Of a stretch of 64,000 nt of DNA, positions 27,558-42,395 are shown piece by piece; positions within the stretch are counted from its first letter, which is position 1; every line of letters begins with the position of its first letter. The stretch comes from Eledone cirrhosa (taxonomy: Eukaryota), in contig OZ024753.1 in the NCBI GenBank assembly GCA_964016885.1, positions 11,284,001 through 11,348,000 on the forward strand, read 5' to 3'. Made by a program: the position numbers and the translations under genes. The notes beneath the pieces were generated by a model. That model was not told the DNA's origin. It did not search any database and saw nothing but the letters and a program-made list of their open reading frames with translations.

Positions 27558-27705
27558 AATAATTGTTTCTATCTTTGGCACAAGGCCAGCAATTATCCGA
27601 GTGTATTACTGGTACTTTATTTTATCGACCCCGTAAGGATGAAAGGCAAAGTTAACTTTAGCGGAATTTGAACTCAGACCGTAAAGGGATGTAACTATGT
27701 TAAAA
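27558..27705 (-). mobile_element. SINE1 (5'-truncated)
   Basis: Reverse-complement body. Confidence 0.85.
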
Positions 27706-28473
27706 GACATTGAAATAATGCTGCAACTGTTGCACTGTTGGCCAGATAGAGAAGAGATTCCGGAAGCGCACGGCTAACCACTCGCCATTGCATGATATTT
27801 CTGATACGGAGCTGAAACAGTCAAGTTAAAACAAACGACATATTTGAGGAGAGTCCTTCGGATACAAAAACACTGCGTAAAATATTACTGTACTTTGTTT
27901 TGTTTCATTTACCATCATTCGCCCTTCGTATTTTATAAATCGGCTTTAAAAGATCTTATCGGTCATTTACTATATATATTATATATTACATACGTTCACA
28001 CTTTGAAGTTACTCGCCAAAAACCCGGATGTTCTTTCCTCTACTGGAGAACGAACACGTGACAACGAAGCAGTGTCGGCTACTTCAGTAGTAATTTACTA
28101 CTACAATTCACACCGGTCTTAGGCACAGAACGGAAACCTGTTGATAACGTAAGTCCCCATTTCGGTCTACAATTATCGAAAACTAGCACATTACATAAGT
28201 CGGATTGTTGATTTTGGTTTCATAGAAACCAATCGAGGTTATTATATAATACTCTACGACACGGTCCAGGTTTGTTATTTAACCTGATTGTATTTTCGTT
28301 GTTGCGGTGGCTTCTGTGACTTTGTCGCCTTAACCACAGATTTCAATTCGTGACGCTATCTAAGGGGTGACCTATCGATTTATCGACACATTCTTATTGA
28401 GTGCTGCGTGCAAATCCGAATTTTGTTCTTTCGCGGGTGTTCGTCGACCGTCACAGCTTCGATTTTACTAACC

Positions 28474-28548
<75 letters not shown>

Positions 28549-28792
28549 TTTCATGATCATACAAATGACAGTTTCTACTCTTATAGAAGTCATCTCTATA
28601 TAACCGCTCTATCGAGTGATTGCCTCAAACAACCCAAGTAGTACCTAGTATATAACAGCTACAACTTCAATATATAATATAATATATATATAAAGTCGAA
28701 ACGGCTGGAGCTCAGCCGTCGGGGTCCTGACTCTTTTCCTATATATATATGTACGTCAATACTCATCTTTTTCCATTTATCTGAGGCTTCTA

Positions 28793-28913
28793 AACCCCAT
28801 TATCAGGTTAACATTTCTTTAGTCAAAAATACAGTGAAAGCTATTCTATTTTCTAATTTCAAACCTGCTCACTGTATTTTTGACTAAAGAAATTTTAGCC
28901 TGATAATGGGGTT
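28793..28913. repeat. ~45 bp inverted repeat ending in (TA)n
   Basis: aaccccattatcagg.taa.atttctttagtcaaaaatacagtga and its reverse complement with a ~30-nt spacer. Confidence 0.8.
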
Positions 28914-29006
28914 ATATATATACGTTTAAATTTAGTGGTTCACATAGTGTTTGCAGAAATAAAAGTTTGAAGGAATTCTACCTGACCGGTCTCCTGCCAC
29001 TTTATT

Positions 29007-29119
<113 letters not shown>

Positions 29120-29411
29120 CGTTTTAAAGCAATTTTAAAACAGTTTTGTTTGGCTGTTTGCCATCAAAAGTTGCTAAATGTTTAAAATATCGAGATAAGT
29201 TATTAATACGCGAGTTCACACTACTAAAGATGAAACAAATTTTCACAGCGATGCTAGTATATTCTACATATCAATATTGAAAATAAACCAAACTAAAAAG
29301 TCTTCGTTAAAAACTGATGAGATGTATAATATAAAAAATAGATTTATTATGAACTTCACACACTCGCTAACACATAAAAAATGTACAGGAACTAATTGTC
29401 CACACGTATGA

Positions 29412-29459
<48 letters not shown>

Positions 29460-29726
29460 GTATGTATATTGAGAGAAGGGAAACAGTCAGACTGGGAACA
29501 AACAAAATGGAGCTTCATATAAAATTTTATAAACATACATGCTCAAGAGCACATACGTATATATATACACACACACACTTACAGATATACATAGCTACAT
29601 ACATACATACATACATACAAGCATACATACATATCTACATTCATACATACATGCAGAAAAACATACATATATGCACACAAACACGTACGCACATACATAT
29701 ATTCATAAATATAGACATATATACAT

Positions 29727-29843
<117 letters not shown>

Positions 29844-30019
29844 CATACACACATATATACATATATATACATATATACACACATACATGATGACTCTCCG
29901 TCCGCCCCTGCAACTATCGAATCATGAGAGACTATAAAAATAATCTTGTTTTCATGGCTCGTTAAATCTGCTAGACTAATAGACATCTTTTGTCAGATCA
30001 TACACACCACACTCACTGT

Positions 30020-33000
30020 CTATGTGTACTTCACTAAGTAAAGATATGTACTTCTGTATATAAATATATGTGTACTTCACTATATAACTAGATGTACTTC
30101 TGTATATAAATATATGTGTACTTCACTATATAAATAGATGTACTTCTGTATATAAAAATTTGAGTACTTCACTATATAAATAGATGTACTTCTGTATATA
30201 AATATTTGAGTACTTCACTATATAAATAGATGTACTTCTGTATATAAATATTTGTGTACTTCACTATATAAATAGATGTACTTCTGTATATAAAAATTTG
30301 TGTACTTCACTATATAAATAGATGTACTTCTGTATATAAATATTTGTGTACTTCACTATATAAATATATGTACTACTATATATAAATATATGTGTACTTC
30401 ACTAAGTAAAGATATGTACTTCTGTATATAAATATATGTGTACTTCACTATATAACTAGATGTACTTCTGTATATAAATATATGTGTACTTCACTATATG
30501 AATAGATGTACTTCTGTATATAAAAATTTGTGTACTTCACTATATAAATAGATGTACTTCTGTATATAAATATTTGTGTACTTCACTATATAAATAGATG
30601 TACTTCTGTATATAAATATGTGTGTACTTCACTATATAAATATATGTACTTCTGTATATAAATATATGTGTACTTCACTATATAAATAGATGTACTTCTG
30701 TATATAAAAATTTGTGTACTTCACGATATAAATAGATGTACTTCTGTATATAAATATTTGTGTACTTCACTATATAAATAGATGTACTTCTGTATATAAA
30801 TATGTGTGTACTTCACTATATAAATATATGTACTTCTGTATATATGTATATAAATATATGTGTACTTCACTATATAAATAGATGTACTTCTGTATATAAA
30901 AATTTGTGTACTTCACTATATAAATAGATGTACTTCTGTATATAAATATGTGTGTACTTCACTATATAAATATATGTACTTCTGTATATAAATATATGTG
31001 TACTTCACTATATAAATAGATGTACTTCTGTATATAAATATATGTGTACTTCACTATGTAAAGATATGCATTTCTTAATATGAATATATGTGTACTTCAC
31101 TATATAAATATATGTACTTCTTAATATAAATATATGTGTACTTCTCTATGTAAATATATGTACTTCTGTATATAAATATATGTGTACTTCACTATATAAA
31201 TAGATGTACTTCTGTATATAAATATTTGTGTACTTCACTATATAAATATATGTACTTCTGTAAATAAATATTTGTGTACTTCACTATATAAATATATGTA
31301 CTACTGTATATAAATATATGTGTACTTCACTATGTAAAGATATGTACTTCTGTATATAAATATATGTGTACTTCACTATATAAATAGATGTACTTCTGTA
31401 TATAAATATATGTGTACTTCACTATGTAAAGATATGTATTTCTTAATATAAATATATGTGTACTTCACTATATAAATATATGTACTTCTTAATATAAATA
31501 TATGTGTACTTCTCTATGTAAATATATGTACTTCTGTATATAAATATATGTGTAATTCACTATATAAATAGATGTACTTCTGTATATAAATATTTGTGTA
31601 CTTCACTATATAAATATATGTACTTCTGTAAATAAATATTTGTGTACTTCACTATATAAATATATGTACTTCTGTATATAAATATTTGTGTACTTCACTA
31701 TATAAATATATGTAGTTCTGTATATAAATATTTGTGTACTTCACTATATAAATATATGTACTTCTGTATATAAATATATGTGTACTTCACTATGTAAATA
31801 GATGTACTTCTGTATATAAATATATGTGTACTTCACTATATACATAGATGTACTTCTGTATATAAATATTTGTGTACTTCACTATATAAATATATGTAGT
31901 TCTGTATATAAATATTTGTGTACTTCACTATATAAATATATGTACTTCTGTATATAAATATATGTGTACTTCTCTATGTAAATATATGTACTTCTGTATA
32001 TAAATATTTGTGTACTTCACTATATAAATATATGTACTTCTGTATATAAATATATGTGTACTTCACTATATAAATAGATGTACTTCTGTATATAAATATA
32101 TGTGTACTTCACTATATAAATAGATGTACTTCTGTATATAAATATATGTGTACTTCACTATATAAATATATGTGTACTTCACTATATAAATATATGTACT
32201 TCACTATATAAATATATGTACTTCTGTATATAAATATATGTGTACTTCACTATATAAATATATGTACTTCTGTATATAAATATATGTGTACCTCACTATG
32301 TAAAGATATGTACTTCTTAATATAAATATGTGTACTTCATTAAGTAAAGATATGTACGTCTTAATATAAATATATGTGTACTTCTCTATGTAAAGATATG
32401 TACTTCTGTATATAAATATGTGTGTACTTCACTATGTAAAGATATGTACTTCTTAATATAAATATGTGTACTTCATTAAGTAAAGATATGTACTTCTTAA
32501 TATAAATATATGTGTACTTCTCTATGTAAAGATATGTACTTCTGTATATAAATATATGTGTACTTCACTATATAAATAGACGTACTTCTGTATATAAATA
32601 TGTGTGTACTTCACTATATAAATATATGTACTTCTGTATATAAATATATGTGTACTTCACTATGTAAAGATATGTACTTCTTACTATAAATATATGTGTA
32701 CTTCACTATATAAATATATGTACTTCTGTATATAAATATATGTGTACTTCACTATATAAATAGATGTACGTCTGTATATAAATATATGTGTACTTCACTA
32801 TATAAATATATGTACTTCTGTATATAAATATATGTGTACTTCACTATGTAAAGATATGTACTTCTTACTATAAATATTTGTGTACTTCACTATATAAATA
32901 TATGTACTTCTTAATATAAATATGTGTACTTCATTAAGTAAAGATATGTACTTCTTAATATAGATATGTGTACTTCTCTATGTAAAGATATGTACTTCTC

Positions 33001-33040
33001 TATATAAATATAGAGTACATGTGTACTTCAGTAAGTAAAT
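30020..33040. repeat. 46-bp AT-rich satellite (24+22 bp subunits)
   Basis: (tgtgtacttcactatataaatagatgtacttctgtatataaatata)n. Confidence 0.96.
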
Positions 33041-33042
33041 AT

Positions 33043-33222
33043 AGTTTCTAATTTTGGCACAAGGCGAGCGATTACCCCAGTGCATTACTGGTACTTTATT
33101 TTGTCGATCCCGTAAGGATGAAAGGCAAAGTTAACCTCAGCGGGATTTGAACTCAGAACACAAAGGGCCGTAACTCTATGCTGCAAAGCATGGTGTCTGA
33201 CGCTCTACCTATACTGCCAAAC
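33043..33222 (-). mobile_element. SINE1 inserted at the boundary of two satellite variants
   Basis: Full reverse-complement copy; aagtaaatata on both flanks. Confidence 0.9.
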
Positions 33223-33229
33223 CTCAAGT

Positions 33230-34000
33230 AAATATATATGTACTTCTTTATGTAAATACATGTGTACTTTACTATGTAAATACATGTGTACTTTACTATG
33301 TAAATATGTATTATGTATGTACTTCATTATGTAAATATATGTGTAGTTTACTATGTAAATACATGTGTACTTTACTATGTAAATATGTATTATGTATGTA
33401 CTTCATTATGTAAATATATGTGTAGTTTACTATGTAAATACATGTGTACTTTACTATGTAAATATGTATTATGTATGTACTTCATTATGTAAATATATGT
33501 GTAGTTTACTATGTAAATACATGTGTACTTTACTATGTAAATATGTATTATGTATGTACTTCATTATGTAAATATATGTGTAGTTTACTATGTAAATACA
33601 TGTGTACTTTACTATGTAAATATGTATTATGTATGTACTTCATTATGTAAATATATGTGTAGTTTACTATGTAAATACATGTGTACTTTACTATGTAAAT
33701 ATGTATTATGTATGTACTTCATTATGTAAATATATATGTAGTTTACTATGTAATACATATGTACTCTACTATGTAAATATGTATTATGTATGTACTTCAT
33801 TATGTAAATATATGTGTAGTTTACTATGTAAATACATGTGTACTTTACTATGTAAATATGTATTATGTATGTACTTCATTATGTAAATATATGTGTAGTT
33901 TACTATGTAAATATATGTGTACTCTACTATGTAAATATGTATTATGTATGTACTTCATTATGTAAATATATGTGTAGTTTACTATGTAAATACATGTGTA
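33230..34000. repeat. 79-bp satellite built from the same ~24-bp subunit
   Basis: acttcatt recurs at 33321, 33400, 33479 and onward. Confidence 0.93.
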
Positions 34001-34004
34001 ACAG

Positions 34005-35440
34005 TATGTATATGTATGTGTATGTATGTATGTAAATGTATGTGCTGATGTGTATAACATTATGTGTGTGTATGTGTGTGTATGTATGTGTGTGTATGTA
34101 TGTGTGTGTATGTATGTGTATATATGTATGTAAATGTATGTGCTGATGTGTATAACATTATGTGTATGTGTGTGTATGTATGTATGTAAATGTGTGTGCT
34201 GATGTCTAACATTATGTGTGTGTATGTATGTGTGTGTATGTATGCGTATGTATGTAAATGTGTCCGCTGATGTGTATAACATTATGTATGTGTATGTATG
34301 TATGTAAATGTGTGTGCAGATGTGTATAAAAGTATGTGTGCTGATGTGTATAAAAGTATGTGTGTGTATGTATGTGTATGTATGTAAAAGTATGTGTGTG
34401 CTGATGTGTATAAAAGTATGTGTGTGTATATATGTGTATGTATGTGTATGTATGTAAAAGTATGTGTGCTGATGTGTATAAAAGTATGTATGTGTATGTA
34501 TGTAAATGTATGTGTGTGCTGATGTGTATAAAAGTATGTGTGTGTATATATGTAAATGTATGTGTGTGCTGATGTGTATAAAAGTATGTGTGTGTATATA
34601 TGTAAATGTATGTGTGTGCTGATGTGTATAAAAGTATGTGTGTGTATATATGTAAATGTATGTGTGTGATGATGTGTATAAAAGTATGTGTGTGTATGTG
34701 TATGTATGTAAAAGTATGTGTGTGATGATGTGTATAAAAGTATGTATGTGTATGTATGTAAAAGTATGTGTGTGCTGATGTGTATAAAAGTATGTATGTG
34801 TATGTATGTAAAAGTATGTGTGTGCTGATGTGTATAATAGTATGTATGTGTATGTATGTAAAAGTATGTGTGTGCTGATGTGTATAAAAGTATGTATGTG
34901 TATGTATGTAAAAGTATGTGTGTGCTGATGTGTATAAAAGTATGTATGTGTATGTATGTAAAAGTATGTGTGTGCTGATGTGTATAAAAGTATGTATGTG
35001 TATGTATGTAAAAGTATGTGTGTGCTGATGTGTATAAAAGTATGTATGTGTATGTATGTAAAAGTATGTGTGTGCTGATGTGTATAAAAGTATGTATGTG
35101 TATGTATGTAAAAGTATGTGTGTGCTGATGTGTATAAAAGTATGTATGTGTATGTATGTAAAAGTATGTGTGTGCTGATGTGTATAAAAGTATGTATGTG
35201 TATGTATGTAAAAGTATGTGTGTGCTGATGTGTATAAAAGTATGTATGTGTATGTATGTAAAAGTATGTGTGTGCTGATGTGTATAAAAGTATGTATGTG
35301 TATGTATGTAAAAGTATGTGTGTGCTGATGTGTATAAAAGTATGTATGTGTATGTATGTAAAAGTATGTGTGTGCTGATGTGTATAAAAGTATGTATGTG
35401 TATGTATGTAAAAGTATGTGTGTGCTGATGTGTATAAAAG
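34005..35440. repeat. 50-bp satellite emerging from a (TATG/TG) microsatellite
   Basis: (gtatgtgtgtgctgatgtgtataaaagtatgtatgtgtatgtatgtaaaa)n, near-perfect from ~34730. Confidence 0.95.
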
Positions 35441-35576
35441 CATGAATTTATAATCCAGAAATAGTTTTATAAAATTCATGCAAGGCAATCTATTTTCTTC
35501 AAAACATTGTCTGACCTTAAACGTGGCTGGTGTCTAATGAGATAAGCCTGAGGAAGTCGTCCTATTCTACTGGATA

Positions 35577-36862
35577 TACATGGAATGTCGCCGTGCATTG
35601 ACAGTGGTGGTAGTGGGTCGGACGCCATGCTTTCCAGCATAGTTACGTCCATTTACGATCTGAGTTCAAATCCTGGCGAGGTTAACTTTGCCTTTCATCC
35701 TTACGGGGGGGCCGATAAAATAAAATAAAGTACCAGTAATGTACTGGGGTAAATTTGCTGGCCTTGTGCCAATAGTAGAAACAATTATTACATGGAATGT
35801 CGCGGTGGATTGGCAGTATCGGTAGAGGGTCGGACGCCATGCTTTGCAGCATAGGGTTACGGCCCTTTACGGTCTGAGTTCAAATCCTGGCGAGGTTAAC
35901 TTTGCCTTTCATCCTTACGGGGCCGATAAAATAAAATAAAGTACCAGTAATGTACTGGGAAAAAATTGCTGGCCTTGTGCCAATAGTAGAAACAATTATT
36001 ACATGGAATGTCGCGGTGGATTGATTGGCAGTATCGGTAGAGGGTCGGACGCCATCCTTTGCAGCACAGAGTTACGGCCCTTTACGGTCTGAGTTCAAAT
36101 CCTGGCGAGGTTAACTTTGCCTTTCATCCTTACGGGGGGTCAATAAAATAAAGTACCAGTAATGTACTGGGGTAATTGCTGGCCTTGTGCCTATGGTATA
36201 AGCAATCATTATACAAACCTGAAGGTATACAATATAGATATTTCAAGATACTGAAATGACCCTCAATGAAATTTTTAACTTGTCTTTCAACTTTGATCTG
36301 TTTTTTTGTCATATTATATTATTTCGCACTATCATAGTTACGTCCCTTTACGATCTGAGTTGAAATCCTGCCGAGGTTAACTTTGCCTTTCATCCTTACG
36401 GGGTCGATAAAATAAAGTACCAGTAATGCACTGGGTAATTGCTGGCCTTGTGCCTAAAGTAGAAACAATTATATTATTTGGCAGTATCGGTAGAGGGTCG
36501 GACGCCATGCTTTGCAGCATAGAGTTACGACCCTTTATGGTCTGAGTTCAAATCCTGCCGAGGTTAACTTTGCCTTTCACCCTTACGGGGTCGATAAAAT
36601 AAAGTACCAGTAATGCACTGGGTAATTGCTAGCCTTGTGCCTAAAGTAGAAACAATTATATTATTTGGCAGTATCGGTAGGGGGTCGGGCGCCATGCTTT
36701 GCAGCATAGAGTTACGACCCTTTATGATCTGAGTTCAAATCCTATCGAGGTTAACTTTGGCTTTCATCCTTACGGGGTCGATAAAATAAAGTACCAGTAA
36801 TACACTGGGGTATTTTGCTGGCCTTGTGCCAAAAGTAGAAACAATTATTACAAGGAATGTCG
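35577..36862 (+). mobile_element. head-to-tail array of six SINE1 copies (3+3)
   Basis: Copies at ~35595, 35805, 36015, 36333, 36478 and 36665; spacer tacatggaatgtcgc repeated. Confidence 0.92.
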
Positions 36863-37399
36863 GGATATGTACACATATGCCTGTGTGGGTGTGTGTGTGG
36901 GTGCGCATGTCTATGTGTGTGTGTGTGCGTGTGTGTGTTTGTGTAGTCGTGGGGGTGTATGTGTGTCTCTGTGTCTATGTCTGTGTAGTTGTGTGGATGT
37001 ATGTGTGGGTGCGTATGTGTGTGCGTGTGTGTGTGTGTGTTTGTGTAGGTGCGGTGGTGTATGCGTGTCTCTGTGTGGATGTCTGTGTAGTTGTGGAGGG
37101 TGTATGTTTCTGTGTTTATGGGGGAAGACGGGTGTATGTCTGTGTGTGTGTTGGGTGAGTGCGTGTGTGTGTGGGTGTATGCCTGTTTATGGCGTGTGTG
37201 TGGCGTGTGTGTGTGTGTGTGCATATCTCTGTGTGGGTGGGCGCGCATGTATATCACCCTGCCCCCCTCTCTCTCTCTCTTTGTGTGTTTATGTCTCTGT
37301 GTGGTAGTGCGGCACCTCCACCGGTTCCGAGGGTTACGGTTACAACAGAACAAACAGCCTGTTCATGTAATCATGATACAAGAGGTAGAGCTCTACTAC

Positions 37400-38295
37400 T
37401 TTGACGCTAAACTCCGCCAGTTTCAGACTGGGCATCAACATATGATATCTCTCTCCACAAAGTTCGATGACCAACAGCAGAGTTTAAAGAGCAAAGATCA
37501 AGTCCAGTCTATAAGTTGACATTGTCAAGCCATCGTTTTGGCTGTCGGCCTCTGCTTCTCTTACCAGCCAACCTTCCTTCCAGGAATATATAATACCTTT
37601 CGATCACCAACAGCAGAGATTCAAGAGCAAAGATCATGTCTAGTCCATAAGTTGACATTATCAAGCCATCGTTTTGGCTGCCGGCCTCTGCTTCTCTTAC
37701 CAGCCAACCTTCCTTCCAGGCATAACCTACTCACACCACGAGTTGATCTTTTTATATGACCGTATAGTTTGAGTACTCTTGACTTGACAATTGATGTAAT
37801 TTGTCTAAGTCTGGTAATGTTGAGCAGGTCACTGATACAGATAAGATCGCTGAGTCGCTTGCCAGTCATAAGTCCCATGATGTGGCCTTGGAATGTAGAG
37901 AGCTTTGGTCTAAGTCTGGTAATGTTGAGCAGGTCACTGATACAGATAAGGTCGCTGAGTCGCTTGCCAGTCATAAGTCCCATGATGTGGCCTTGGAATG
38001 TAGAGAGCTTTGGTCTAAGTCTGGTAATGTTGAGCAGGTCACTGATACAGATAAGGTCGCTGAGTCGCTTGCCAGTCATAAGTCCCATGATGTGGCCTTG
38101 GAATGTAGAGAGCTTTGGTCTAAGTCTGGTAATGTTGAGCAGGTCACTGATACAGATAAGGTCGCTGAGCCGCTTGCCAGTCATAAGTCTCATGATGTGG
38201 TTCTGGAATGTAGAGAGCTTCTGAAGTGACTTTGTCGTCCAATTAACACACTCAAGACGATATAACACAACTGGTAGGATGTATGTAATCAACGA
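37400..38295 (-). pseudogene. RTE-clade LINE ORF2 C-terminal fragment with internal 105-bp tandem repeats
   Basis: ILPVVLYRLECVNW...LKLYGHIKR...LEGRLAGKRSRGRQPKRWLDNV; 105-bp units start at 37805, 37910, 38015 and 38120; C-terminus partly duplicated at 37487-37584. Confidence 0.85.
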
Positions 38296-38571
38296 TCTTA
38301 GCCTTCAAATGATAGGAAACTAGAGACACAATTACACCAGCTATCATTACATACACAATCATGTGACCAACAACAGCAGTTGAAAGAAATATATAAAATA
38401 CAAATGCTGACGACTATGAAGACAATTGTCTGTGGAATGCTCAGACACTTACACGTTAACATCATTAGCAGGCAGTTTAGTTGATCAATCAAGTGAAACA
38501 CCCAGATTTGAACCCGACATAGTTTCATTCCATTGATTAATATCGGTTTCTCTTGATTTTAATGATTGGTG

Positions 38572-38744
<173 letters not shown>

Positions 38745-38762
38745 ATACTTAAATATACATAT

Positions 38763-38794
<32 letters not shown>

Positions 38795-40232
38795 ACATAT
38801 ATATATATATACATATATATGTACACATATATACATACATATATATTTATATATGTACATGTACAGGTATATACATATATATATATGTATACATATATAC
38901 ATACACACACACACATATATATATACACATATATATATACACACACATATACACACATATATATATACACACATATATACACACATATATATATATGTAT
39001 ACATATATATCTAAACATATATATATATGTATATATATACACAAATACACGCGCACACATACATATACATACATACATATATATATATATACATACATAC
39101 ATATATATACATATATATATATATATACATATATATACATATATATATACATATATATATATACATATGTACATATATTATATTATATATATATATACAT
39201 ATACATATATACATATATTATATATATATATATGTATATATACATATACATATACATATATACATATATTATATATATATATACATATACATATATATAT
39301 ATATATATATACAAATATATACATAGACACACACACACAGGCATATATCCACACACACAGGCACATATATATATTAAATAATAAATAACAATTTAAATTC
39401 ACATACTAAAAAGTAATAAAACCATGTAATAAATATAATCGGAGCGTGCTGCCAATAATTTATCAAACATATCGGAAAATGTACATACTTTTTACTAATT
39501 ATATCTTGTTTCTTTTCATGAAGAATATTTATTCCATTCATTTATCTATCTATCTTTACATAGATATACCTTTTGCATATTACAACCCTTCTAATGAAAA
39601 CGAATCTATTAAATACATTTATTCTTTGATATGTCTTTAAATATTTATTTATTGGGGAATATTTTTACAGATGTCTCTTCTCTAATTTTTATTTTGTATT
39701 TTGCTGAGGTTTTTTTTTCTTCACATTTTTTATATATTTGGTTTGATACTATATTAACCTTCATGATAAATGACTAATTCATATAGGACCTGCCTCCCGC
39801 CCCCCCAAAAAAACATAACAAACACGGCAAAAAAGTAAACAGGTGAGGTTTTATATAGACGCCCATGTAATGGTGAGAAGCTGCACATACACAAGAAAAA
39901 TGAACGAAAAATAACACACTCGCACACACACTCGCACACATATTTATATACAGGCATATTTTCAAATATTTATATACACAGAAAAAATTGAGAGGTAACT
40001 ACATATATATGTAACGATTAAGTGAACGAGTGTATATAAGGCAAGATTCCAACATATGTGTCAAAAACAAATTACCTTTGATTGAAATACATACACACAT
40101 ACATGTATATATCTGTTTGTGTGTGTATCTATTTTTGTATATACATAAAAGCATATAAGTATTTATGTACGGATATAAATATAAATATAAATATAAATAT
40201 AACTAAATATATAAATATAAATGTAAATAAAT

Positions 40233-40291
<59 letters not shown>

Positions 40292-40305
40292 AGAGTTAAT
40301 TTGTT

Positions 40306-40382
<77 letters not shown>

Positions 40383-40390
40383 GTTAATTT

Positions 40391-40427
<37 letters not shown>

Positions 40428-40505
40428 TAGAGTTAACTTGTTTATATATATATATATATATATATACGATATTAAATAAATGGAAACTATTTATAAAACC
40501 ATATT

Positions 40506-40571
40506 TATTTCATTATATATATTTCAGGGATATCATATTAAAAATATGGTATGCCTTCATCAGACAAAATA
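40506..40571 (-). ncRNA. type I hammerhead (family B)
   Basis: Reverse complement of 40670-40735. Confidence 0.75.
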
Positions 40572-40669
40572 CAATATAAACAGTCTTATAAATAGATAGA
40601 TTTGACATACCTTACACTTCAACTTCCATTTAAAAAGTTAATTTGGTATTTATAAGGCTGTTTATATTG

Positions 40670-40735
40670 TATTTTGTCTGATGAAGGCATACCATATTTT
40701 TAATATGATATCCCTGAAATATATATAATGAAATA
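40670..40735 (+). ncRNA. type I hammerhead (family B)
   Basis: tattttgt CTGATGA aggcataccatatt-ttt-aatatgatatccct GAAA tatata TA atgaaata. Confidence 0.78.
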
Positions 40736-41014
40736 AATATGGTTTTATAAATATAGTTTCCATTTATTTAATATCGTAAATATACTCCAAATATTTGTTG
40801 AGTGCTTTTATATCAGTTATAAATATTTACTCGTTGTAACCCAACAATTTAAATAAAACTTTGCATATATATATATATATATTTTAGAGTTAATTTGTTT
40901 ATATATATATATATTCTAGTCGATCGACTTTCGTCAAATCGGACCGAGGAAACTATGTTTCCGTTGGTCTTTCCAATTGATAATACTATCTATCGGTCGC
41001 AACTCCAGGTAGAA

Positions 41015-41131
41015 GGAGCAACGTGAAATAAAGTGTCTTGCTCAAGGACATAACGCATCGCCTGGTTCAGGAATCGAACTCACAACCTCACGATTGTGAA
41101 TCCAATACTCTAACCACTCAGTCACACGCCT

Positions 41132-41136
<5 letters not shown>
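41015..41136 (-). mobile_element. SINE2 5' part (tRNA head plus CORE-like box); duplicate at 41867-41988
   Basis: Minus strand: gtgaaggcgtgtgactgagtggttagag...gagttcgattcc...tgtccttgagcaagacacttta. Confidence 0.8.
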
Positions 41137-41193
<57 letters not shown>

Positions 41194-41246
41194 AGAGTTA
41201 ATTTGTTTATATATATATATGTATATATATATATTAGAGTTAATTT

Positions 41247-41283
<37 letters not shown>

Positions 41284-41357
41284 TAGAGTTAATTTGTTTA
41301 TATATATATATATATATACGATATTAAATAAATGGAAACTATTTATAAAACCATATT

Positions 41358-41423
41358 TATTTCATTATATATATTTCAGGGATATCATATTAAAAATATG
41401 GTATGCCTTCATCAGACAAAATA
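41358..41423 (-). ncRNA. type I hammerhead (family B, duplicate)
   Basis: Identical to 40506-40571. Confidence 0.72.
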
Positions 41424-41521
41424 CAATATAAACAGTCTTATAAATAGATAGATTTGACATACCTTACACTTCAACTTCCATTTAAAAAGTTGATTTGGTA
41501 TTTATAAGGCTGTTTATATTG

Positions 41522-41587
41522 TATTTTGTCTGATGAAGGCATACCATATTTTTAATATGATATCCCTGAAATATATATAATGAAATA
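41522..41587 (+). ncRNA. type I hammerhead (family B, duplicate)
   Basis: Identical to 40670-40735. Confidence 0.75.
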
Positions 41588-41987
41588 AATATGGTTTTAT
41601 AAATATAGTTTCCATTTATTTAATATCGTAAATATACTCCAAATATTTGTTGAGTGCTTTTATATCAGTTATAAATATTTACTCGTTGTAACCCAACAAT
41701 TTAAATAAAACTTTGCATATATATATATATATATTTTAGAGTTAATTTGTTTATATATATATATATTCTAGTCGATCGACTTTCGTCAAATCGGACCGAG
41801 GAAACTATGTTTCCGTTGGTCTTTCCAATTGATAATACTATCTATCGGTCGCAACTCCAGGTAGAAGGAGCAACGTGAAATAAAGTGTCTTGCTCAAGGA
41901 CATAACGCATCGCCTGGTTCAGGAATCGAACTCACAACCTCACGATTGTGAATCCAATACTCTAACCACTCAGCCACACGCCTTCAC

Positions 41988-42303
<316 letters not shown>

Positions 42304-42331
42304 AGGCGTGTGGCTGAGTGGTTAGAGTATT

Positions 42332-42390
<59 letters not shown>

Positions 42391-42395
<5 letters not shown>

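Larger units (their letters stand above)
40464..40778. mobile_element. family B HHR element as an inverted pair of ~130-bp arms (duplicated at 41316-41630)
   Basis: 40464-40595 is the reverse complement of 40647-40778; each arm holds a complete HHR. Confidence 0.85.

Noticed and set aside
28562-28600. HHR-like GATGA-c-ttc..gag-ta-GAAA-ctg-TC on the minus strand (similar partial motifs at ~16505-16555, ~49690-49760 and ~52060-52090)
   Set aside because: Core 5' half or stem I missing; probably remnants, so not counted as ribozymes.
33863-35488. 541-aa ORF
   Set aside because: Translation of the 50-bp satellite.
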